Source: Nitrosopumilus sp.
GTDB taxonomy: Archaea; Thermoproteota; Nitrososphaeria; Nitrososphaerales; Nitrosopumilaceae
Length of the DNA: 64,000 bases
Reading direction: 5' to 3'
Assembly: GCA_965223425.1 (NCBI GenBank)
Contig: OZ245003.1
Coordinates: 1,536,001 to 1,600,000 of the forward strand
The notes under the pieces: model-generated
The model's database searches: none
The model's input: the letters and a program-made list of their open reading frames with translations, nothing else
What the model was told of the DNA's origin: nothing
Position numbers and translations under genes: made by a program
In this document: in pieces, positions 1 to 10,610 of the stretch
Layout: the number at the start of each line of letters is the position of its first letter
Numbering within the stretch: the stretch's first letter is position 1

Positions 1-566
1 GCATCATCAATTACATCTTTGAGTTTAACAATTTTTCCTCTCCTGTAGCCGCCATCAGCAGTAATTATGACTCTGGATCTTGAATCGCCAACTCTGTCAC
101 GTATTGATGCTGCACTAAATCCTGAAAATACCACAGTGTGTGTTGCGCCAATTCTGGCACACGCCAACATTGCAATTGGTAATTCGGGAACCATGGGCAA
201 ATAGATTGTAATCCTATCGCCTTTTTTGACACCAAGTGATTTTAGGACATTGGCGAATTTTTTGACTTGTACAAGCATATCGTGGTATGTCAGTATCCTG
301 GATTCGCCATTTTCTCCTTCCCATAATATGGCAGGCTTGTTGGACTTGGTATTCTGATGGACATCTAGGGCATTATATGATGCATTAATTGTGCCTCCGA
401 CAAACCATTTAGCAAACGGAGCTTGCCAGTCCAAGACCTTTTTCCAAGGAGAAAACCAAGTTAGATCTTCTGCTTGTTTTTCCCAAAAAGATACAAAATC
501 AGAATCAGCGCTTTCTCTTATACTAGAATCGTTGTTTCCAAGGCCAATATTGTATGTCTCAGACAT
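1..566 (-). CDS. acs: Acetyl-CoA synthetase, N-terminal part (runs off window start)
   Basis: Manual translation from ATG at 566: [13 protein letters not shown]...[16 protein letters not shown]...[38 protein letters not shown]...[11 protein letters not shown]; hallmark ACS motifs. Confidence 0.92.
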   Translation of the reverse strand, partial: MSETYNIGLGNNDSSIRESADSDFVSFWEKQAEDLTWFSPWKKVLDWQAPFAKWFVGGTINASYNALDVHQNTKSNKPAILWEGENGESRILTYHDMLVQVKKFANVLKSLGVKKGDRITIYLPMVPELPIAMLACARIGATHTVVFSGFSAASIRDRVGDSRSRVIITADGGYRRGKIVKLKDVIDD

Positions 567-622
567 CAAAAAATGTATGGACGTAGATCTTTCTAAATGT
601 TAAAAAAAATAAAATAAAAAAA

Positions 623-1507
623 TTATTGTGCTTCCATTCTAGCAAGCCAGTCGTTATCACTGTCTTCTTTTGGAGTTTCTGATTTCACCTGTTCGGGTGG
701 CTCTGGGAATGCAGTTGACACTTCAGTTTCAGCTGGAGATTCAGGTGTTGGTCGAGTCTCTGTTTGAATTGGTTCTGAAGGTGTGACTATTGGTTCTGTT
801 GGTGCTTCTGGAAGTATTGACTGAACTACTTGTTGTTGTTGTGGTTCAGGAGTCTCCAGATATGAAACGGCTGATTCTTGGATGTTTTGTTGTGGCGGAG
901 CTGTTGCCTCTTGCACTTCCAAATCAAGATCTGCAATTCTACTCTTTACATTTGCAATTTCTGCGGTTTCGTGAGTAATCCGCTCAATTACTGCATTTGT
1001 GCATGATTTCACGGTATCAAATGTTGCACTAGAGATTTCATTGCTCTTGGTTTGTACCTTTGCATCAAATAACAACATCTTTGCGGACTTCATTTCGTCA
1101 TCTAACTCAGTCAATCTTGCCTCAAGTTTGGCTTTGATCTCATTTTCTGTTTCATCTAATGTTACAAGTTTTGACTTGTATTTTTCATGAATGATTTCTG
1201 CATCTTCTTTCATTTCATCATTTTCAGAAACAATGTCAATCAAGGCCTTTAGACGACGTAGAGTTAGTTGTTTTTCACGAACGAGTCTTTGAGAGTCAAG
1301 TCTCCATTTTGGAATAAAAATAACAACATCACCTTGAACTACTAGCTGCTCATACTGGATTTGCTGTAATCCCTGAGAACCAGCGTCAATACCAACGGAT
1401 TGAATGCTACCGTCGATGTCAGTTATTGTTCCTACGACTTTACCCATGAATGTTCCATACATGTCTTTGACGTTCTTACCGATAATATCGATTTCGTCGT
1501 GGGTCAT
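623..1507 (-). CDS. cdvA: Cell division protein CdvA
   Basis: N-terminal PRC-barrel-like IGKNVKDMYG...IFIPKW, long coiled coil, acidic Pro-rich linker and short C-terminal helix; architecture of thaumarchaeal CdvA. Confidence 0.8.
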   Translation of the reverse strand: MTHDEIDIIGKNVKDMYGTFMGKVVGTITDIDGSIQSVGIDAGSQGLQQIQYEQLVVQGDVVIFIPKWRLDSQRLVREKQLTLRRLKALIDIVSENDEMKEDAEIIHEKYKSKLVTLDETENEIKAKLEARLTELDDEMKSAKMLLFDAKVQTKSNEISSATFDTVKSCTNAVIERITHETAEIANVKSRIADLDLEVQEATAPPQQNIQESAVSYLETPEPQQQQVVQSILPEAPTEPIVTPSEPIQTETRPTPESPAETEVSTAFPEPPEQVKSETPKEDSDNDWLARMEAQ

Positions 1508-1640
1508 GTGAGGTAATTATGGGATTTGTATAACCGACAAAGTGTAAGAAATGTTTTTAGTTTTAGTAAGATTATTTTCACTAACTCAGAATCACTTGGT
1601 TTTTAGTAATTTTAAAATTTAGAGGGGTGATAGTAGGCTC

Positions 1641-1934
1641 ATGATTCAAAGAGAAGAACTTGAACAAATTCTGAATTTTGTGGCAAAAAGATGGATGGAG
1701 GTTACGCAAGATCCAAACAGCAAACCTATGGAAAATTTACCGAGTGATTTTTGGATGAATTCTGTTGGCGGAAAAACTGCAAAAAATGGTTTTTGGGTTA
1801 CGTCGTTAATGTATACGGAAAATGAAGCTGATGCGGCAAATTTCAAAGAAGTGTTGCTAAGATGGCAAACCAAAGGACAGGACAAAGACAGGGACAAAGG
1901 TCCCGATCTAATTCAGATTGGGAAAAAGAAATAG
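1641..1934 (+). CDS. Hypothetical protein
   Basis: 97-aa ORF directly upstream of thyX. Confidence 0.6.
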   Translation: MIQREELEQILNFVAKRWMEVTQDPNSKPMENLPSDFWMNSVGGKTAKNGFWVTSLMYTENEADAANFKEVLLRWQTKGQDKDRDKGPDLIQIGKKK

Positions 1935-1945
1935 ACTATTAATAA

Positions 1946-3583
1946 TTGAAAAGCTGGACACAGTTATTGTCAGAATTTTCAATTAAAGAAAAAAAGATTC
2001 TATCAGATCACTTTTCAAATACAGATGGCAGCGTGTTTGCCATAATTACACCCAGACAAGTTGATCGTGGAGCTTTGATGTCAAGGTACAGTAGAACTGA
2101 CAAAAGCATGAGACGGATTTTTCTTGACGAGTTTTTAAAAAATAAAAACAGAGGAGAGGAATTTTACAACAGGGTGCTTTTAGAATATGGCGATGATTCG
2201 GTTGCAGAATTAGGTGAAGCACAAATTGCAATTGAAGGATTATCAAATATCGCAGTAAAAAAAATTGAAGACAGGCGAATTGGTCTGTCATATCTAGAAA
2301 AATCATCAAGATATGTCGCATGGAATAAAAAAGAAAAAGGGAAATACAGATTTTATAGAGACTCTGAAATTATGAAATCAAGGTTTGCAGACATGTATGA
2401 AGGTGCATGTAATTTTTCATTTGATGTTTATTCAAGAAACATAGAGCCAATGATAAGTTATGTTCGAGAAAAATATCCCATAGAAAAATATAGTTTCAAA
2501 GACTCCATTGACGGAAGAGAAAAACTTTTTTCCAAGTTAAAAAGAGAGGGGGACGTAAAATCTGCCAACATGATTTACAGAGGATCAACAAAAGCTAAAG
2601 CGTTAGATATTCTTAGAGGACTACTGCCCGCATCGACTCTAACAAATGTTGGAATTACCGGAAACGGCCGTGCATTTGAATACCTACTAACAGTTTTAGG
2701 CGCATCAGAGCTAAAAGAAGAGCAGGATTTAGCCTCAAAAATCAAAAAAGAACTTGAAACTACCATAAAATCGTTTGTTAGAAGGGCAGACGATAAATAC
2801 GGAAAGAAGTTTCAAAAATACCTAAGGGACGTTAAAAATAAATCAAAATCAATTGCTGCCAAGCAAATTAAAACAAAACCAACGATAGGAGCAGCTACAA
2901 AACTTGTGGACTATGAATCAGAAAAAAACGCACTAGATAAGATCATCACCAGCATAATATACGAACAATCACCAAGTACGTCATATCAAAATATTTTGCA
3001 GCAAGTTAAAAAAGCATCAAAACAAAACAAGATCAAAATTATTCATGAGTTCACAAAACTCAGAACAAATAGACGACATAGACCATCACGGGCATTTGAA
3101 ACTGTTTACTATACATTTGATTTATGCAATAACTTTGGAATGTTCAGAGATTTTCACAGACACAGGGCATTAACACTTGAAAGGCAGTTATTAACGACTG
3201 ATCACGGATATAGCGTACCAAATGAGATTAAAACTTTGGGAATTGAAAGCGATTTTAAAGATTGCATGAATAAAACCAGAGATGCATTTAACGAGATTAG
3301 AAAAAAATATCCAGAACAAGGACAGTATGTTGTCAACTTTGCATACAACTACCCATATTTTATGAAGTTTAATCTGCGAGAAGCTTGCCACCTTATAGAA
3401 TTAAGAACCGTGCCGCAAGGACATGTGGATTACAGACGCGTTGCACAGCAAATGTTCAGACAGATAAACAAAGTTCACCCCAACTTGAGCAAAATTATGA
3501 GATTTGTAGATTTAAAAGAATATGATTTGGAGCGGTTTGAATCAGAAAAACGAACTGAGGAGAAGAAAAAAGAATTAAAATAG
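1946..3583 (+). CDS. thyX: FAD-dependent thymidylate synthase (two-domain ThyX)
   Basis: [28 protein letters not shown] and ELRT motifs. Confidence 0.9.
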   Translation: MKSWTQLLSEFSIKEKKILSDHFSNTDGSVFAIITPRQVDRGALMSRYSRTDKSMRRIFLDEFLKNKNRGEEFYNRVLLEYGDDSVAELGEAQIAIEGLSNIAVKKIEDRRIGLSYLEKSSRYVAWNKKEKGKYRFYRDSEIMKSRFADMYEGACNFSFDVYSRNIEPMISYVREKYPIEKYSFKDSIDGREKLFSKLKREGDVKSANMIYRGSTKAKALDILRGLLPASTLTNVGITGNGRAFEYLLTVLGASELKEEQDLASKIKKELETTIKSFVRRADDKYGKKFQKYLRDVKNKSKSIAAKQIKTKPTIGAATKLVDYESEKNALDKIITSIIYEQSPSTSYQNILQQVKKASKQNKIKIIHEFTKLRTNRRHRPSRAFETVYYTFDLCNNFGMFRDFHRHRALTLERQLLTTDHGYSVPNEIKTLGIESDFKDCMNKTRDAFNEIRKKYPEQGQYVVNFAYNYPYFMKFNLREACHLIELRTVPQGHVDYRRVAQQMFRQINKVHPNLSKIMRFVDLKEYDLERFESEKRTEEKKKELK

Positions 3584-3619
3584 AAAAATATTCTAATATC
3601 AAATAAAACAACCCAAGTC

Positions 3620-4036
3620 ATGGCAGAAAAAATCAGAAAAACTCCTGAAGAGTGGAAAAAAGAACTGACACCAGAACAATACGAAATTTGCATTAACCAC
3701 GGAACAGAACCTCCATTTTCTGGGAAATATAACAGCAGTAAGCTAGACGGTGCCTTCAAATGCACATGTTGTGGCGAAAAACTTTTTTCATCAGATGCAA
3801 AGTTTGATTCGGGTTCAGGATGGCCGAGTTTCTGGAAACCAATTAATGGTGAAAAAATAGAGTATATTTCAGACACAACACATGGAATGACCCGTACAGA
3901 AGTCAATTGTAACAAGTGTGGCGCACATCTGGGCCATGTATTTGACGATGGGCCGCAGCCCACGAACAGGAGATATTGCATCAATTCCATCTCATTGCAA
4001 CATGAAAAAGATGAAGAAAAATTTGATTGCTTGTAA
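3620..4036 (+). CDS. msrB: Peptide methionine (R)-sulfoxide reductase
   Basis: [33 protein letters not shown] motifs. Confidence 0.95.
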   Translation: MAEKIRKTPEEWKKELTPEQYEICINHGTEPPFSGKYNSSKLDGAFKCTCCGEKLFSSDAKFDSGSGWPSFWKPINGEKIEYISDTTHGMTRTEVNCNKCGAHLGHVFDDGPQPTNRRYCINSISLQHEKDEEKFDCL

Positions 4037-4095
4037 CAAAACGTTTTTAGAAAACACAATTAATGATAAGAAAATCAAAAGAGAAGTGAAATGGT

Positions 4096-5106
4096 TTGAG
4101 AATAATATTATGTGGGTTTGGTGTTGTAGGTCAAAGCTTGGTGAAATTGTTTGATTCAAGGGCAGAAGATCTGTATGCAAAATATGGGTTAAAACCAAGG
4201 GTGGTAGGGGTGTTTGACAGTAAAGGAAGCGCAGTAGATTCATCAGGGCTGGAATTTAGCAAACTAGTCAAAGCGAAGAAAAAGTTTGGAACCGTAAAAA
4301 ATTATGCTGACACAAAAAATACAATGTCTGGAATTGAGATGCTAAAAAATGTCGAAGCAGACGTGCTGATTGAAACTACTGCAAGCAATTACAAGGATGC
4401 AGAGCCTGGAATGACCCACATCACGACTGCCATGAAAAAAGGCATACATGTGATCTCTGTAAATAAGGGCCCTCTAGCATTGGCATTTCCATCACTTGTG
4501 GAACTTGCCACATACAATCAAGTGATGCTAAAATTTAGTGGTACAGTAGGAGGAGGAACCCCAATTATAGATTATGCAAAAAACAGTCTCAGTGGAGAAA
4601 GAATAACGTCGTTTGCCGGAATCCTAAACGGAACCACAAACTACATCTTATCAAATATGGCTACAGGGCTATCTTTTGATGAAGCACTCAAAGATGCCAA
4701 GGACAAGGGATACGTAGAGGCTGATGAATCTTTAGACTTGGACGGACTGGATGCAGCTGCCAAACTGGTAATTCTTGCAAACTGGATAATGGGGATGAAA
4801 GTTACAATGCCTGATATCAACTGTACAGGAATACGAAGAGTCACAACAGAGGACATCAAAAAAGCGGACAAAAACAATTGTTCAGTGAAATTAATTGCAT
4901 CATGCAACAAAGAACTCGCTGTAAGTCCAAAGGAGGTATCAAATGATGATCCGCTTTGTGTAAATGGAACGCTAAATGCAATTGCATTTACTTCAGAACA
5001 TTCAGGCACTCAAACTATTATTGGGAAGGGAGCCGGCGGCATGGAGACTGCAAGTTCCATTCTAAGAGACTTGTTAGACATCAGACAAGAGATTGCAAGA
5101 ACTTGA
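4096..5106 (+). CDS. hom: Homoserine dehydrogenase
   Basis: GFGVVG Rossmann motif, VNKGPLA, GILNGTTNYIL, GAGGMETAS. Confidence 0.93.
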   Translation: MRIILCGFGVVGQSLVKLFDSRAEDLYAKYGLKPRVVGVFDSKGSAVDSSGLEFSKLVKAKKKFGTVKNYADTKNTMSGIEMLKNVEADVLIETTASNYKDAEPGMTHITTAMKKGIHVISVNKGPLALAFPSLVELATYNQVMLKFSGTVGGGTPIIDYAKNSLSGERITSFAGILNGTTNYILSNMATGLSFDEALKDAKDKGYVEADESLDLDGLDAAAKLVILANWIMGMKVTMPDINCTGIRRVTTEDIKKADKNNCSVKLIASCNKELAVSPKEVSNDDPLCVNGTLNAIAFTSEHSGTQTIIGKGAGGMETASSILRDLLDIRQEIART

Positions 5107-5579
5107 AATCAAATCTAATCTCAAAGAGCGAAACATCAGCACTCCTAAAAACAGTCTCAGAAAGATGGGGGATGGAATTGCCCAAAATCAAGAACCTAAA
5201 AGTCCATCAGATTTTGGATGACGCCCAAATTATAACAGGCGGAGGAATGAAGATATTGAAGGTTGATGAGGATTATTTGCCATTTCTATCAGAAACTGAG
5301 ACATTAGAAAGATTCCCAAACGTCATGGTGGATATGGGCGCTGTAAAATTCATGTGCAAAGGTGCAAACGTTATGAGACCGGGAATTAAAAAGTTTACAG
5401 AATTTGAAAAAGACAAACTTGTTTGCATCATAGAAGAGTCCCAACACAAGTTTTTGGCAGTGGGAAAGGCAATGGTCAGCAGCTCAGAATTAGAAAGTAT
5501 GGAAAAGGGGGAGGTGGTAAAAAACATTCATTACATTTCTGATAAATTTTGGGAAACTGGAAAAACGATTTACGATTAA
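5103..5579 (+). CDS. PUA-domain RNA-binding protein (MCT-1/Tma20-like)
   Basis: VDMGAVKFMCKGANVMRPGI PUA signature; probable TTG start at 5103 overlapping the hom stop. Confidence 0.85.
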   Translation: MKSNLISKSETSALLKTVSERWGMELPKIKNLKVHQILDDAQIITGGGMKILKVDEDYLPFLSETETLERFPNVMVDMGAVKFMCKGANVMRPGIKKFTEFEKDKLVCIIEESQHKFLAVGKAMVSSSELESMEKGEVVKNIHYISDKFWETGKTIYD

Positions 5580-6176
5580 CTATTTGATTTCTTCAGTAAA
5601 CTCTTCGGTTCCATCACTAGTGATCACAAGAACATCCAAGCCATCACCACTTGCAGAATCTCTCAGGGCAGCTGAGCGAACAGCACGTTTTGCCAAATCA
5701 ATTGCCTCGTCTTTAGTCATGTCTTTTTTGAATTGGGGATCTAAGACGCCCAATGCCATTTCAGCGCCTGTTCCAACTGCGGCATATTCATCAGGAAGAA
5801 CAGAACCTAGCGGATCAAGGGTATACATAATTGGCTTGTCAACGACCCCACCAACAATTACCTGAGTTAGCAATGGGAAATATCTTCTCTCATACATCAT
5901 ATTTGACATCATTTTAGCGACAGTGTTAGGAGGAACATCTCTTTTGAGCTCCATTTTTCTAATTTTTGCAAGTGCTGCAATCTGTAGTGATAGAATTTGC
6001 ATGTCTGCTACAAGTCCGGCGCAGGTTGCGCCTACTTTAGGAGTGATAGGGAATGTTTTCTTGGTAGATTTGCTCACAAGGAAATTTCCAAATGCAATTC
6101 TTTTTTCACTGGCAAAAACCACGCCGTCATCAAATGTAATTCCAACAGCAGTTGCTCCTGGCATATACATTGACAT
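5580..6176 (-). CDS. psmB: Proteasome beta subunit
   Basis: GATAVGI, AGLVADMQ, LDPLGS, RDSASGDG. Confidence 0.92.
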   Translation of the reverse strand: MSMYMPGATAVGITFDDGVVFASEKRIAFGNFLVSKSTKKTFPITPKVGATCAGLVADMQILSLQIAALAKIRKMELKRDVPPNTVAKMMSNMMYERRYFPLLTQVIVGGVVDKPIMYTLDPLGSVLPDEYAAVGTGAEMALGVLDPQFKKDMTKDEAIDLAKRAVRSAALRDSASGDGLDVLVITSDGTEEFTEEIK

Positions 6177-6273
6177 GATTCAAATAATTTTGTGGCATAA
6201 TAAAGGGTTTTCTACATTCCACGTATGATTTATGAGCAAAATGGTTATAATACTGAAAGTATAATGTAAGGTT

Positions 6274-6690
6274 ATGACCACGGCGGAGATTAGACAAAAA
6301 GTTCTTGACGATGTTGTCTTTATGGGTTTGAGATCAGCTATAGGCGTGATCTTTATCGTCCACGGCATGATGAAGTTTAATCCAGGATTCGCAGGAGCCT
6401 TGCCAAACATGGGACTGCCACCAGAGATGCAGATTCCAATTGCACTAGCTGAAGTCGTTCCGGGAGTTTTGCTAATCATAGGAATTCTTGGCAGATTGTC
6501 CACAGTGTTACTTTCAATAGTCATGCTTGGAGCAATTTTCCATGTCAAAGGAGCCCAAAGTTTAACTGGAGATGGAGGAGTAGAGATGGATTTGATTTTA
6601 CTTGCAGCACTACTGGTAATTATGATTGTGGGGCCGGGAAGAGTATCACTTGCACAGATTGTCAAAAAACTGCCAAGATGTCTTCACTGA
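6274..6690 (+). CDS. DoxX family membrane protein
   Basis: LR...FIVHGMMK, hydrophobic helices, GPGRVS. Confidence 0.85.
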   Translation: MTTAEIRQKVLDDVVFMGLRSAIGVIFIVHGMMKFNPGFAGALPNMGLPPEMQIPIALAEVVPGVLLIIGILGRLSTVLLSIVMLGAIFHVKGAQSLTGDGGVEMDLILLAALLVIMIVGPGRVSLAQIVKKLPRCLH

Positions 6691-8048
6691 TTTTTTCCAA
6701 AGTTTTGCATAATCAAACACATACACTTTGTTGTTTTCTTTAGCAGGTCAACTCTAGCAAATTCATTAGGTGAGTGAATTCTAGAGAACATATATGTACT
6801 TCCAACTGCAATACATGGAGCTTTTAGAATATCAACAAATGGGTACATAGGGCCTGTTCCAGCGTTTGAAACATTTAGGATTGATTTTCCAAAAGACTTG
6901 TCAGCTGCTTCCTTAACTTGAGATACAAAGGGCTCTGAGGAGTTGATTCGAGCAGCTGCCTCACCGTGAAATATTTTGATTTTAACGTCTCCAAATCCTT
7001 TTGATTTTAAATGATTTTTTAATCTCATAACCTGCTTTTTTGGCTCCATCTTAGGCACTAACCTAAAATCAATCTTGGCCAAAGCATCACCTGGAAGAAC
7101 TGTTTTGGCACCATCGCCAGCATATCCGGATACAAAACCTGCGATGTTACAAGTTGCACCCCCAACTAAGGCCTTTTTTGCATCCAGCCCCTTTCTGCCA
7201 CCTACAAAAGACTTGATTCCAAATTCTCTTTTGAAGACACTTTCATCAAATGGTTCCTTACCAATCAATTTCAAATCCTGTTTTGAAAATGGAGTCACTT
7301 CTTTGTACCAGTCCTTTACGAGTATTTTTCCACTAGAATCTCGTAGTGTCATTACAGCCTCGATTAACCGCCATGCAGGATTTTTTATCAAGACTGCCAA
7401 GCTAGAATGTGCATCTTGAATTGCTTCTTTTACAGACAATTCAACAAATAGCAACCCCTTCATTCCAAGACCGATAATCGGTCGATTTTTTGCATCAACA
7501 TATCCAAATTCCCAGATAACGCCATCGCAGGAAAATTTCTTTTTGTATTTTTTTAGATATTCTTCAATGTGAGCACTGCCAGTCTCTTCTTCGCCTTCAA
7601 TTACAAATTTAATGTTACAAGGAACATCGCCAGTTGTTTTCAGATATGCCTCAACTGCCTTGATTCTTGTAATTAATTCACCTTTATCATCAGTGGCACC
7701 CCTGCCAAAAATTTTGTTGCCCCTCCTAGTTCCACTAAATGGAGGATCATCCCACAAATCAAATGGCTCGGCAGGTTGGACATCATAGTGATTGTAAAAC
7801 ATCAAAGTTTTTGCCGGGTTTTGTTTTGATCTTATTTCTCCATAAACAACAGGCGCAACCCCTTTTTTTAGCCGTAAAATTTCAGATTTCAATCCTGAAT
7901 TTTTTAATAGCTTCTGTACAAGTTTGGCACATTCCTCAATCCCCTCGTTTTTTGCAGAAACACTTGGTTGCCTGATTAGAGTTTGTAGATCTGAGATGAG
8001 GCCATTCATGTTAGAATCTATGTGTTTTAACGGATTCATGAAAATCAC
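6684..8048 (-). CDS. M20/M25/M40 family metallopeptidase
   Basis: HYDVQP, GRGATDDKG, EGEEETGS, HSPNE. Confidence 0.92.
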   Translation of the reverse strand: MIFMNPLKHIDSNMNGLISDLQTLIRQPSVSAKNEGIEECAKLVQKLLKNSGLKSEILRLKKGVAPVVYGEIRSKQNPAKTLMFYNHYDVQPAEPFDLWDDPPFSGTRRGNKIFGRGATDDKGELITRIKAVEAYLKTTGDVPCNIKFVIEGEEETGSAHIEEYLKKYKKKFSCDGVIWEFGYVDAKNRPIIGLGMKGLLFVELSVKEAIQDAHSSLAVLIKNPAWRLIEAVMTLRDSSGKILVKDWYKEVTPFSKQDLKLIGKEPFDESVFKREFGIKSFVGGRKGLDAKKALVGGATCNIAGFVSGYAGDGAKTVLPGDALAKIDFRLVPKMEPKKQVMRLKNHLKSKGFGDVKIKIFHGEAAARINSSEPFVSQVKEAADKSFGKSILNVSNAGTGPMYPFVDILKAPCIAVGSTYMFSRIHSPNEFARVDLLKKTTKCMCLIMQNFGKNQ

Positions 8049-8908
8049 ACAATTTTATCAAAAGGCCTCATTATAGTTGGAATTTCATCTAAAAGATCCA
8101 TGGGAGTCATGTGTAATCCCAATCTCCTTTGAACTGTTTTTCCAGCTAATCCGTTGATGAAGGCTGCTGCTGCTGCCGCTTCCAGAGCGTTTCTGTTCTT
8201 AGACAGCAATCCTGCAACTAACCCAGATAGAACATCGCCTGTTCCGCCAACTGTCATAGCAGGAATTTTTTTTTCATATAGAAAAGTAGTTGAGCCATTT
8301 GAGATTACATCTGTTGCACCTTTTAGTAGAATTGTGATCCCATGTTTCTTTGCGTTTTTTTCTACTAGTTTGACTCGTTCATTTTTTGAGTTAGAAGGGG
8401 GCTCTCCAAACAGTCGCTTGAATTCTCCAGCATGTGGAGTCACTACAACATTCTTGTTTGCCAAAAGTGGTAAAACTTCTGGAATTAGTGCACTTGCATC
8501 CAGAGATAATCTGACATCTCTATCTAAAAGAGATTTTACAAGATGTAGCAAAGAATTTTTTTCTTGTATTGCAAGACCCATCCCAATTGTTGCAGAATGA
8601 AGATTACGTGGTAGCGCCCCTACAAGTTTGTTTACAGCACCGCGGGTTAATTTTTGATCAACTAAAGGGATAACAATAAGATTTGGAGAGATTGCACGTG
8701 TTGAAGTCACGTTGATTTTTGGAACTGAAGTGTAAACTAGATCAGTTCCACATCGAAGTGCGGCAATCGAAGATAAAATAGGAGCGCCATGATAGATGTA
8801 ACTTCCGCCAATTACAAGAACAATTCCATTGTCGCCTTTGCGGGATTTGGCTTTTCTTGACGGAATGAATTTCTTTACCACAGATACTGAAAGATTCTTT
8901 GGTACCAT
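8045..8908 (-). CDS. nnrD: ADP-dependent NAD(P)H-hydrate dehydratase
   Basis: KGDNGIVLVIGGS, TPHAGEF, GGTGDVLSG. Confidence 0.9.
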   Translation of the reverse strand: MVPKNLSVSVVKKFIPSRKAKSRKGDNGIVLVIGGSYIYHGAPILSSIAALRCGTDLVYTSVPKINVTSTRAISPNLIVIPLVDQKLTRGAVNKLVGALPRNLHSATIGMGLAIQEKNSLLHLVKSLLDRDVRLSLDASALIPEVLPLLANKNVVVTPHAGEFKRLFGEPPSNSKNERVKLVEKNAKKHGITILLKGATDVISNGSTTFLYEKKIPAMTVGGTGDVLSGLVAGLLSKNRNALEAAAAAAFINGLAGKTVQRRLGLHMTPMDLLDEIPTIMRPFDKIV

Positions 8909-8953
8909 ACAACATACTCTAAAAAATACTGGAATAAATCTTGTCTTGAATAA

Positions 8954-9793
8954 TTAAGAGGATTTTTTGATGGTTTTTTTGGCAGCCTTGGATTTTGTGG
9001 TTTTTTTGGTCTCTCTTCCAAAAAATGCCTTTCTAGCATAACAAAGATAGGTTGTATGGCCTATTCCTTGGAAAGAATGTCTTGTCTTTCCTTCTCTGGC
9101 CTCAATTGTACGTAGGATGTGTTCAGTTGATTCGATATCAGTAAACTCATTTTCGACCAGACTTGCAGTCAGTTTTTCTAGCTGGTTCATTGTGGGACAA
9201 ATTGCAAACATGGCACCACTTCCTTTGAGCATTTTTCTTACCTGAGGGATTATTATCCAAGGATCACCTAGATCAATCAAGGCAACATCAATGTCATCTA
9301 ATGGCATCTTTTTTGCAGCCTTTAAATCCAAATTATGCTGTGTAACATACTTTGAAACTCCTGCTTTTTTGATGTTTTTTTCAGCTATTTTCATAAACTT
9401 TTCATCAACATCAAAAGTGTAAACATGGCCGCGTGGTTTTACAATACTTGCTACAAAAGATGTCAACGAGCCACTTCCAGTTCCAATTTCTAAAATCTTC
9501 TGGCCACTTTCAATTCCAGCTCTTGCAACAATGTATCCGAGATCTTTCGGGTAGACAATCTGAGTACCATGTTGAATCTTCATGACATAATCAAACATTG
9601 TTGGTTTGAGAAGATAGACATACTTGTCCTTGTTTGTGGTTAATCTTGAGCCATACTCTTTTCCAACCGCATCAGAATGCTTGATTACTCCAATATGAGT
9701 ATGGAGTGATTCTTTTTTTGAAATTTTGACTAGCCATTTTTTTGAATGATTAAAGTAGAATAGTACAGGAGAGTTTTGCTTGATTTTATCCAT
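8954..9793 (-). CDS. trmI: tRNA (adenine-N1)-methyltransferase
   Basis: TQIVYPKD, EIGTGSGSL, DLGDPW, HTTYL. Confidence 0.9.
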   Translation of the reverse strand: MDKIKQNSPVLFYFNHSKKWLVKISKKESLHTHIGVIKHSDAVGKEYGSRLTTNKDKYVYLLKPTMFDYVMKIQHGTQIVYPKDLGYIVARAGIESGQKILEIGTGSGSLTSFVASIVKPRGHVYTFDVDEKFMKIAEKNIKKAGVSKYVTQHNLDLKAAKKMPLDDIDVALIDLGDPWIIIPQVRKMLKGSGAMFAICPTMNQLEKLTASLVENEFTDIESTEHILRTIEAREGKTRHSFQGIGHTTYLCYARKAFFGRETKKTTKSKAAKKTIKKSS

Positions 9794-9834
9794 AGGTTTT
9801 TCCTAAAAATTTTAGATAAGAACCTATGGTTAAA

Positions 9835-9934
9835 CAGCTAAGCGAAACGTTACCACGATTAAGAAAACCACTTTTCATGTGCAGGTTCAAATCGCTGATC
9901 TGATGTCAGATTTGAGATACATTTCGCTTAGCTG
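9835..9934. mobile_element. 100-bp MITE, family A (ISH3/IS4-like ends)
   Basis: Left end CAGCTAAGCGAAACGT, right end TACATTTCGCTTAGCTG; 5-bp direct repeat TTAAA at 9830-9834 and 9935-9939. Confidence 0.85.
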
Positions 9935-9980
9935 TTAAAGGGCAATACTAGAAATAATACCAAAATAACATAATAATGAA

Positions 9981-10331
9981 ATGGCAGAATTCAAGGTTCA
10001 AGGCTCTGGTGGCTACGTTATTGCTGAACTAACTGAAGAGCAGGCAAAAAAGGCAGATTTAGGTGTTGGAAAGTTGTTTTTGGCCCCAATTGGGAAATTA
10101 GAATCAGAGAAAATGCTCAAACATTATTGTAACAATTGTGAGACTGAATTTGGTAATCCACCAAAAATTCAACTAGAAGAGAGCACGGATGAGGAGGTAG
10201 CAGATAATTTGGTTTTAGTTGAGCGAGGACAGTACACTTGTGAAAAATGCAGCGGAATTATTGGGGAATACAGGGTATTCAAAAAGAATGATGAGACAGA
10301 CGAGGTAGGCCAAGCAAAACCATCTGAATAA
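9981..10331 (+). CDS. Zn-ribbon hypothetical protein
   Basis: Two CxxC pairs (CNNC, CEKC). Confidence 0.7.
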   Translation: MAEFKVQGSGGYVIAELTEEQAKKADLGVGKLFLAPIGKLESEKMLKHYCNNCETEFGNPPKIQLEESTDEEVADNLVLVERGQYTCEKCSGIIGEYRVFKKNDETDEVGQAKPSE

Positions 10332-10355
10332 ATATAGTAGTTTTTTAGAGATGCC

Positions 10356-10493
10356 ATGGCAAATCAAAAATGCGTATCATGTGGAATAGGATTTTTCTCA
10401 CCAACAGGTTCAGACAAATGTTCCAGATGTGCAGGTAAAGAATCGCAAGGGCATGAAGGTCATGATTCCTGTGGTTGTGGACACAGCCACTAA
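10356..10493 (+). CDS. Small Cys/His-rich metal-binding protein (45 aa, not in ORF track)
   Basis: Manual translation MANQKCVSCGIGFFSPTGSDKCSRCAGKESQGHEGHDSCGCGHSH*. Confidence 0.65.
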   Translation: MANQKCVSCGIGFFSPTGSDKCSRCAGKESQGHEGHDSCGCGHSH

Positions 10494-10539
10494 CCTTATT
10501 TTTCTAACTAACAGAACGTTTTTTTATTTTAATTTTTAA

Positions 10540-10610
10540 TGACTGATGATCGGTTTGCACTCCAACAACCCAAGAGGCAGCCAGATTCGCGTAGTGCACT
10601 CTCTGAGACA
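10540..10610 (+). ncRNA. Possible box C/D guide sRNA
   Basis: TGATGA (C box) near 10544 and CTGA (D box) near 10603, about 60 nt apart in a GC-richer intergenic patch; internal C'/D' boxes not clear. Confidence 0.3.

Noticed and set aside
391-603. 70-aa plus-strand ORF
   Set aside because: Antisense to the acetyl-CoA synthetase N-terminus.
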